Positions 57,455 to 64,000 of a stretch of DNA of 64,000 nucleotides are shown piece by piece; position 1 is the first letter of the stretch; every line of letters begins with the position of its first letter. Source of the DNA: Candidatus Atabeyarchaeum deiterrae (GTDB taxonomy: Archaea; Asgardarchaeota; Atabeyarchaeia; Atabeyarchaeales; Atabeyarchaeaceae); the NCBI GenBank assembly GCA_037310415.1, contig CP147780.1, forward strand, positions 1,504,001-1,568,000, in the 5' to 3' direction. The notes below the pieces were generated by a model that was not told where the DNA came from, ran no database searches, and was given only the letters and a program-made list of their open reading frames with translations. Made by a program: the position numbers and the translations under genes.

Positions 57455-58198
57455 CTATTTCTTTGATTCGACACCTATTTCGAGCAAGAACTCAGATATG
57501 ATCTTGGTTGGGTCCTTCAGGACCTTGATGCCCTCTATTGTCTTCAGCTTGCTAACGTTGTCAAGATCCAATCTCCTTGACCTAACCGTGACCATTTCAC
57601 CCACGCTAACTGCTTCATAAGGGCAAACTTTTGCACATATCCCAAACCCTGAACATCTAGAAAGATCTACTCTCGCCTTGCTGTCAACTCTTACAACCGC
57701 ACGACTGGGGCATTTCTCGATTGGGGGACACACTTCGCAACTCCGACACTTAGTTCGATCAACAAAGGGGGGAAAGATTGTTTCGGTTTCGCCTTCTTGA
57801 TCCGTCGGAACAATCAGCGTGGGAACTCTACCTTTACCTGCCAGAGAGACCGCAGTGGTCACAAGGTTGTCTGCGATCCCATTAACAATCTTGGCCACCG
57901 TATTCGCTGTCGCCGGAGAAACAATGAGAACATCAAACGCTCCTTTTGAGAGTCTTGCAGCGGTTGGCGAAGCTGGGCCCTCCTCCTTTTCCCTCACCAC
58001 CTCACTGTAGTAACTCCCATCTGAGATCTTCGTCAGCTTTTCACCGAAACCATAAATCCTGATTGTCTCAACAGCGGCGCCCGAAAGAAAGGTCGTGACC
58101 TTTACGTCATACTCCTCAACCAATTTCTCCATTAACGAGAAGGACCCTGCGAGAAAATGTCCGGCCCCTGTGATCGCCCAAGCAATGAGCTTTGTCAA
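57455..58198 (-). CDS. dmrX: dihydromethanopterin reductase (acceptor), flavoprotein-ferredoxin
   Basis: AWAITGAGH, PATANTVAKI..GIAD, two ferredoxin motifs; pterin gene context. Confidence 0.85.
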   Translation of the reverse strand: MTKLIAWAITGAGHFLAGSFSLMEKLVEEYDVKVTTFLSGAAVETIRIYGFGEKLTKISDGSYYSEVVREKEEGPASPTAARLSKGAFDVLIVSPATANTVAKIVNGIADNLVTTAVSLAGKGRVPTLIVPTDQEGETETIFPPFVDRTKCRSCEVCPPIEKCPSRAVVRVDSKARVDLSRCSGFGICAKVCPYEAVSVGEMVTVRSRRLDLDNVSKLKTIEGIKVLKDPTKIISEFLLEIGVESKK

Positions 58199-58497
58199 CT
58201 AACATTCACCTCGGATTTTCAGAATTACCACATTGTCTTGTTGCAGATAATGTAACGCATCAGACTCAAAACCTAAGGATGAATCGCCCTGCGTTCTCTG
58301 CCCGCAACGCTCCCAAATAGTATCGTGTCAAACCGGATTAATAAATCTCGCTTCTACTGGCTACATCCTGAATATTCGCTAGCTTTATTAGCAAAGCCAT
58401 CACTACCTCAAGCAGGTAAACTACAGGTGCAGTTGTGCATTTGTTACCATGACAACTGGAGAAAAATCGAAAAAGAATGGAAGGTGAGAAGCAGAAA

Positions 58498-58788
58498 ATG
58501 CCAGAAAAATCAAAATCTGAAGAGAATACTGTATTCGTCGGAGTCAAGCCTCCAATGAATTATGTCCTCGCAGTCATAACATTGTTCCACGACAACGCAA
58601 AGGCGGTCAGCATAAAAGCGCGAGGACAGGCAATAAGTCGCGCGGTGGATGTCGCTGAGATTGTACGCAATAGATTCATGTCGGACGTCAAAGTCAAGGA
58701 AATCATCACCGGAACAGAACAATTAACTGGGGAACAAGGAAACAAGTTCAGCGTTAGCACAATCGAGATATCCCTTTCAAAGGTCTAA
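58498..58788 (+). CDS. albA: DNA/RNA-binding protein Alba
   Basis: [30 protein letters not shown]. Confidence 0.95.
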   Translation: MPEKSKSEENTVFVGVKPPMNYVLAVITLFHDNAKAVSIKARGQAISRAVDVAEIVRNRFMSDVKVKEIITGTEQLTGEQGNKFSVSTIEISLSKV

Positions 58789-58934
58789 GCCGAGAAGGGT
58801 TGCTATCTGCAAAACCCTTTACCTTCTCTTCTTCTTTTTGTTATCTAGGTACTTGTTTTTTCCATTTCGGCCAACATCCGTCCACCACATCGGACCCACG
58901 GGTACATTGGCTTTCCAAGGAATCTTAGGACATT

Positions 58935-59357
58935 TCATCTCTGTTCTGTCACTTTCTCAATATACATTAAGTCATAATCAAGGTCAGGGATGTGTCTCAT
59001 TGCTAGCACCGCTTTGGCTTTGCCATACAATGTGGTAACCTTTACCTCCATCGTGGAGCCGCTCAGCGAATCATAGTCATATGGTCCTTTGTTACTTTCT
59101 TTGATTTGCTCTTTTCTTATCTTCACATCGACTTTTTCCTTGAAAGGTTGAAGCTCTGTCGTTAGCTTGATGGCTTTCTCAACTGCTTCTATGACTTCAG
59201 GGTCTCTCGAGATAGGGATCCCTGTGAACTGGTGATAAATCGCACCCAAAGCGATTGCCCCTTCGAAGATCGCGCGCTCCCTATCCGAGACGCTCTTATC
59301 GAAGAACTTCTTCGCTTGGTCGATTCTTGTTTCTCCTTCCATAATTATTTCCACCAC
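58935..59357 (-). CDS. mptD: archaeal dihydroneopterin aldolase
   Basis: DRERAIFEGAIALGAIYHQFTG, LQPF, LDYDLMYI. Confidence 0.9.
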   Translation of the reverse strand: MVEIIMEGETRIDQAKKFFDKSVSDRERAIFEGAIALGAIYHQFTGIPISRDPEVIEAVEKAIKLTTELQPFKEKVDVKIRKEQIKESNKGPYDYDSLSGSTMEVKVTTLYGKAKAVLAMRHIPDLDYDLMYIEKVTEQR

Positions 59358-59445
59358 GATATCTCTGGATCAGTTGACGATGACCCTGGGTTATGAATCT
59401 TTCTTGGCCTTATCCATGAACTTCTCGGATGTTGAGAGGCAGGAT

Positions 59446-60276
59446 TTACCTTCTCGCTTTCGTGGAAGCGCACTTGAGGTCTTTGAAGTCTATCTTCGTG
59501 AAGCCTCTTATCGTTTCTCCTCTTGATCCAGTTACGTTGAACAATCCGCTCTTAACTCTCGACCATGTTGCAAGCCACTCAAGCAGTTCCTTGGCGAATC
59601 GGAGTTTCAACTTTTTGATTGACAGCCACGCATCCTCGCTATTGCGCGATTGAATGTCAGCGGGCAAGTTCTTTGAGTATTTGCCTATGGTTGTGCCCAG
59701 ATCCATTGCCGCGAGGATGATGCTTGTGGCTTTCATCTCTTCCGCCAAGAAAACTCCTCTATCTCCGTCTGTGAACCCTCCGAAATTGTGAACCGCTGGA
59801 GGTATGGGCTCAACTTGAGTAGATCCGAAAACGTTCGCTCTGCTTCTTTCGAGTATCTTGGGAACCCATTTCCTAAGAGTATCGATGTTGTCCCCGTGTC
59901 CATGGATAACAATTGCTGAGCCCTGGGCACCTGCCTCGACAATGTCTTCGAGACATCCATCCAAATCTGTGATTACTATGTGAGGTGAGATAGATTGCTC
60001 GAGGAAAGCGGTCGTCGCTCCATCTGCAACTACAAGAACGACCTGCTTGTCTAGGTTAGTTGAAACTAACTTCGCCATGTTGTCTTCAAGTGACGGACCT
60101 GCTCCAAAAACCATTACAGATTTACCTTTGATCAAACTTCCAAGCTTTGCGAGAGTTGGCGGAGCTTCAGATAACAGTTCGCGAAGAACTAGAGTGGCTT
60201 CCCGATCCCTCTCAATGGTGTATCCGAAAGCCGAAGCTATCTTCTCATACCATGGCCACCAAGAACTTAGCTCCAT
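59446..60276 (-). CDS. mptE: 6-hydroxymethyl-7,8-dihydropterin pyrophosphokinase
   Basis: GAGPSL, ADGAT, TDLDG, HGHGDN, NFGGFTDGDR. Confidence 0.92.
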   Translation of the reverse strand: MELSSWWPWYEKIASAFGYTIERDREATLVLRELLSEAPPTLAKLGSLIKGKSVMVFGAGPSLEDNMAKLVSTNLDKQVVLVVADGATTAFLEQSISPHIVITDLDGCLEDIVEAGAQGSAIVIHGHGDNIDTLRKWVPKILERSRANVFGSTQVEPIPPAVHNFGGFTDGDRGVFLAEEMKATSIILAAMDLGTTIGKYSKNLPADIQSRNSEDAWLSIKKLKLRFAKELLEWLATWSRVKSGLFNVTGSRGETIRGFTKIDFKDLKCASTKARR

Positions 60277-60319
60277 GCTTTGTCAAATCACCCATCGAAC
60301 ATGATTTCTCTTCCCAGAT

Positions 60320-61273
60320 TCAAATTCTGGTGTTTCCACCGTTAACCTCATTCATCAGTTCTCCGAGCGTTGCACGTCTAACGGCGACCATGTCATGTTT
60401 GTGAATACTTTCAGCGCTTCTCATTTTCATCAAAACATGGGTTGTTGTCGGAAGGTCGTGGAAAGTTTCGAGAATTCCTTTCGCCATATATCTTATTGAA
60501 TCTTCAACAAACCTTGGGGTGCCTAGGGCCTTGATGACCATCTCAAGCTCATCTGGTCGTTTGAGTAACTCATATGTCGGTGCGCTGACAGACTCCTCAA
60601 TTATCCTTATGATATCTGTTAGATCAACATTGTAACCTTCCGGTGAATCCATGAGGATTGTTCCCACACAGCGTTGCATATGTGTTCCTGTCGGAGGGCC
60701 ATCCAACAGGCTCTCGGCTTGTTCCTTACTCAGTGACTGCGACCCATTCTTATGGATCCTATCTGCGAACAAACTGTCCATTGATTCCTTAACGCATGGG
60801 CATGCAGAAATGCCAACAGCTTTCGCCCCAATCATTCTCTTCGTTGTAACCTTGGACTCTTTGAGTCTCGAAACAACTTTGGCGAAAATGGTGTAAGGCT
60901 CAAAAGTCTCGATTGCAGTTACAGGTGTCTTACGTTCAATAATAGCTTCCGCTCTTGCCCTAACCTCTGTTCTTGTGGCTTCCTCATGCCTTTCTAGAAG
61001 CCTTTCCGAGATACCTGCACAGAGATCTTCAATTTTGTACCTTCTCTTTACAAACTCGTTAAATACCTCTGCAATAACCTCGTAGCTTCTTGAAGCATGA
61101 ATTCCCCTACGCATAGTCGGAAGATCGACAAAAACTTGGAACACTGGAAATATGATTACATTCTTGCCCTTAAGCGAAATGAAGCTCACAGGCATCCTAA
61201 TTCCAACTACGCCGACTTTCTCCAGCGGAATCGCCACTTGTGGCTTCTCACGATGAACATCACGCGGACTCAA
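60320..61273 (-). CDS. mptA: GTP cyclohydrolase MptA (FolE2 family)
   Basis: RGIHASR, SACPC, THMQR, LLKRPDE, PRFVED, ESIHKH. Confidence 0.92.
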   Translation of the reverse strand: MSPRDVHREKPQVAIPLEKVGVVGIRMPVSFISLKGKNVIIFPVFQVFVDLPTMRRGIHASRSYEVIAEVFNEFVKRRYKIEDLCAGISERLLERHEEATRTEVRARAEAIIERKTPVTAIETFEPYTIFAKVVSRLKESKVTTKRMIGAKAVGISACPCVKESMDSLFADRIHKNGSQSLSKEQAESLLDGPPTGTHMQRCVGTILMDSPEGYNVDLTDIIRIIEESVSAPTYELLKRPDELEMVIKALGTPRFVEDSIRYMAKGILETFHDLPTTTHVLMKMRSAESIHKHDMVAVRRATLGELMNEVNGGNTRI

Positions 61274-61557
61274 AGCTTGGACACACCTATCAACCGATTG
61301 AGAAATCGGCTCAGATATGTAGCGTTCAACACTCCCCTAAGGATTGGGGTTTTCATATAAATACTTCAGCTACCTGGTAACAGTGCAATCCACCAGGGAC
61401 GAGAAGTAGATGAGATGCTTGCAAGGCACGTTAAGGTTCTTACGACCAGAGAGGATGAAGGGCGGTACGGGTGTCTGTGTCTCGCAGATCTACATCATCA
61501 ATTAACTCTCATCAACTCTAGCATTTCTACTTATCCCAAAACCCGTTGGCGTCTTGA

Positions 61558-63252
61558 TTACTGCTCAGCGTCTTTTGCCTTTGCTGACTCTGCTCTTAGA
61601 TCCTTCCTGAGAACCTTTCCGACCAAGCTTTCTGGAAGCTGCTTTCTAAACTCGACTATCTTCGGGACCTTGTAGGGTGCCAAAGATTTCTTGGAAAACG
61701 CTTTGATGTCGTTGGCGAGTTCATCTGCTTCCTTGTATCCGTCCTTCAGTACAACGTACGCCTTGACTATCTCGCTGCCTGGTGTCTCACGGTCTGGGAT
61801 GCCGATCACGGAGGCCATCAGAACAGCCGGATGCCCGTACAGCACGTCCTCAACTTCCCTCGGATAGACTTTGAATCCGCTTACGTCGATCATGTCTTTC
61901 TTTCTGTCTACAATGTAGAAGTAGCCATCCTTGTCCATCTTACCTATGTCGCCTGTCTTGACCCACCCATCCTTCATCTGGTTCGCAGTCTCTTCGGGCT
62001 TGTTCCAGTACCCCTTCATGACCTGTGGACCTTTGATCATTATTTCTCCTTCCCCTCCGATCGGTAGGATCTTTGTGTCATCATTTAAATCTACGATCTT
62101 GACCTCAGTATCTGGAAACGGAACACCCACTGAGCCTACTCTTCTCTTTCCTTCTCCCAAGGGGTTGCTGTGTGTCACAGGCGAGCACTCGGTCAGTCCG
62201 TACCCTTCGAGTATCTTTCCACCAGTTCTTTTCTCGAAATCCCTTATCACTTCAGGGGGCATAGGCGCAGCTCCCGTGTTGCAGATTCTGATAGACTTAA
62301 GATCCTTTGCATAGTCATCGATGTCATCGCGCTCAAGTAGGCGCATGTAAATTGTGGGTACTCCGGGCAGCATGCTAGGTCTGGTTTCTCGTATCAATTC
62401 TAGGAGTGACTTTAGGTCTCGGGGGTCGGGATTAAGAATGATTGTTGAAGCGTTGTATACCGCTGTGTTCATGCAAACGGTCATCCCGTAGATGTGAAAC
62501 ATTGGCAGGTTTGTAAGCATCGTTTCTTTCCCTTTTTGGACGCCAGGCAACCAAGTGGCTGTAGCAACTGCATTTGACACAAGGTTGTAGTGTGTCAGCA
62601 TTGCCCCTTTGGGTAAGCCAGTAGTTCCGCCCGTGTACTGGAGCGCAGCCACGTCTTCCTTAGCACTTATCTTCAGTTTGGGTGGGTTTGGCTTTGTCCT
62701 GTTGACTAAGTTGAGGAATTGCATTGCGCCAACTATTTCGGGTGGCTGTCTCTGTGCAGCCGGAGAGTAGTCGAACACATCTGATATTATGATATTCCTG
62801 AGGCGAGTCCTGTCCTTTATGTTTTTGATCTTCTCTAGTTGCCTATCCCACGCTATGATTGTTTCTGCGCCAGAATCGTTCAACTGAAATGCCAGCTCTG
62901 GCTCAGTAAGCATGGTACTGCATGCTGTAATTACTCCACCCGATTTGGAGATGCCATAGTAACTGAAAATGTACTGTGGGAAATTGGGGAACAAGACTGC
63001 TACTACATCGCCCTTCTTCACGCCCAGATTCACCAAAGCAGTCGCCAGCCTATCAGTTATGTCTTTGACTTCTTTGTAGGACATCCCCCTCTTCAGGAAG
63101 TGGATTGCCGTTCGACCGCCAAAATCCTTAGCTGCCCTATCGAGCAACTCATGTACTGGTATCTCCGGGTAGTCAATATGGGCGGGAACACCATCGTCAT
63201 AAATCTTCAACCACGGTTTGCTTGCATACGGATTCTCTTTCTTGTCGCTCAT
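61558..63252 (-). CDS. long-chain fatty acid--CoA ligase
   Basis: YTGGTTGLPKG, EGYGLTE, TGDIG, GKVLR. Confidence 0.95.
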   Translation of the reverse strand: MSDKKENPYASKPWLKIYDDGVPAHIDYPEIPVHELLDRAAKDFGGRTAIHFLKRGMSYKEVKDITDRLATALVNLGVKKGDVVAVLFPNFPQYIFSYYGISKSGGVITACSTMLTEPELAFQLNDSGAETIIAWDRQLEKIKNIKDRTRLRNIIISDVFDYSPAAQRQPPEIVGAMQFLNLVNRTKPNPPKLKISAKEDVAALQYTGGTTGLPKGAMLTHYNLVSNAVATATWLPGVQKGKETMLTNLPMFHIYGMTVCMNTAVYNASTIILNPDPRDLKSLLELIRETRPSMLPGVPTIYMRLLERDDIDDYAKDLKSIRICNTGAAPMPPEVIRDFEKRTGGKILEGYGLTECSPVTHSNPLGEGKRRVGSVGVPFPDTEVKIVDLNDDTKILPIGGEGEIMIKGPQVMKGYWNKPEETANQMKDGWVKTGDIGKMDKDGYFYIVDRKKDMIDVSGFKVYPREVEDVLYGHPAVLMASVIGIPDRETPGSEIVKAYVVLKDGYKEADELANDIKAFSKKSLAPYKVPKIVEFRKQLPESLVGKVLRKDLRAESAKAKDAEQ

Positions 63253-63380
63253 AATTTGAGGATCACCTTTGCATTTGAGTTCTTACTAGATTGGATGCGG
63301 CTCCAATAATCATTGGAGGCTAAGGAGATTAATATGGACTTGGTGTCTCTTTTGTCTGACTTGCAGAGTCTTTGCGGTTG

Positions 63381-63986
63381 TTATGGGGCTTCCTGACCTA
63401 TTTTGTCGAGAGCTTCGGCGGCTTCCTCGCATACATAGTTACATTCGTCATGTATCATACCCTTCAATGCAGATATGACTTGGTTGTCAGCCTGTCCTAT
63501 TCTTCCGAGAGCTTCTACGGTTCGCCACCGAACATCATCTTTCTTGTCGTCTAGGGTCTCTATCAGCGTTGGGATCGCCTTTGAGGCTGCACGTCCAATC
63601 TTTCCCAGTGCTGAGGCAGTTTCGCGGCGGACCCCATGATCGGGATCAGTTAAGGTTTCCTGCAATGCACTGACAGCATCTGCCGCAGCTAACCCCATTT
63701 TGCCCAGCGCCCTAGCAGCCTCAATTCGCACCGAGGCTTTCCCAGTCTTCAATACACCAGCCAAACTAGGAATTGCCGCTTTTGCCTCGCCGCCGATTCC
63801 GCCGATAGCGCTCGCAGCCAGACATCTTACTTCTTCACCTGCATCCTTCAGCGCTTTGATTAAAGCATCAACGGCTGGCTTGCCAATAACGCGAAGTGAG
63901 TCAGCTGCTTTCCCGCGTACACCCTCATCACTGTCCTTCAGTGCGCTGGATAGACCGTCGATTATCTTGGCATCCTTCTCATCCAT
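63381..63986 (-). CDS. HEAT (PBS lyase-like) repeat protein
   Basis: Repeated L.D....VR..AA.ALG.IG units. Confidence 0.88.
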   Translation of the reverse strand: MDEKDAKIIDGLSSALKDSDEGVRGKAADSLRVIGKPAVDALIKALKDAGEEVRCLAASAIGGIGGEAKAAIPSLAGVLKTGKASVRIEAARALGKMGLAAADAVSALQETLTDPDHGVRRETASALGKIGRAASKAIPTLIETLDDKKDDVRWRTVEALGRIGQADNQVISALKGMIHDECNYVCEEAAEALDKIGQEAP

Positions 63987-64000
63987 TTCGCCTAGCGCTT

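Noticed and set aside
1-64000. CRISPR arrays, rRNA genes, selenoprotein/SECIS signals
   Set aside because: None seen: no regularly spaced repeat-spacer runs, no rRNA-like segment, and no convincing in-frame TGA readthrough.

Overview
Archaeal chromosomal window. A gelsolin-like protein, a Roadblock/LC7 protein, a SNAP-like helical protein, Alba and methanopterin genes point to an Asgard-type archaeon (inference). Most of it is housekeeping or metabolic: partial catalase with Fur/PerR, thrS, two tandem cysS genes behind a two-intron tRNA-Cys, a redox/sulfur cluster, an ABC transporter, DNA ligase, mptA/mptE/mptD/dmrX, alba and an acyl-CoA ligase. The main result is a 6,159-bp cargo-carrying transposon (11170-17328), read directly from the DNA. 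It has an exact 8-bp target-site duplication (TGGATTTC) and IS6-like GGTTCTGT ends, each built from two related sites 36 bp apart. Its transposase has a SWIM/Zn-ribbon/HTH/DDE architecture. Two further right-end-like site pairs lie inside the element at cargo-module boundaries (transposase | Panacea-RelE toxin-antitoxin pair | PD-(D/E)xK nuclease), which suggests stepwise capture of defence-type cassettes. A divergent RHH-ParB-like-orphan operon fills the left arm, and the element sits immediately upstream of the probable tRNA-Cys promoter. Nearby is a complete NHEJ operon (LigD-Pol, Ku, an unusual Lig-PE fusion, DUF72). All calls come from manual motif reading; no database searches were run.
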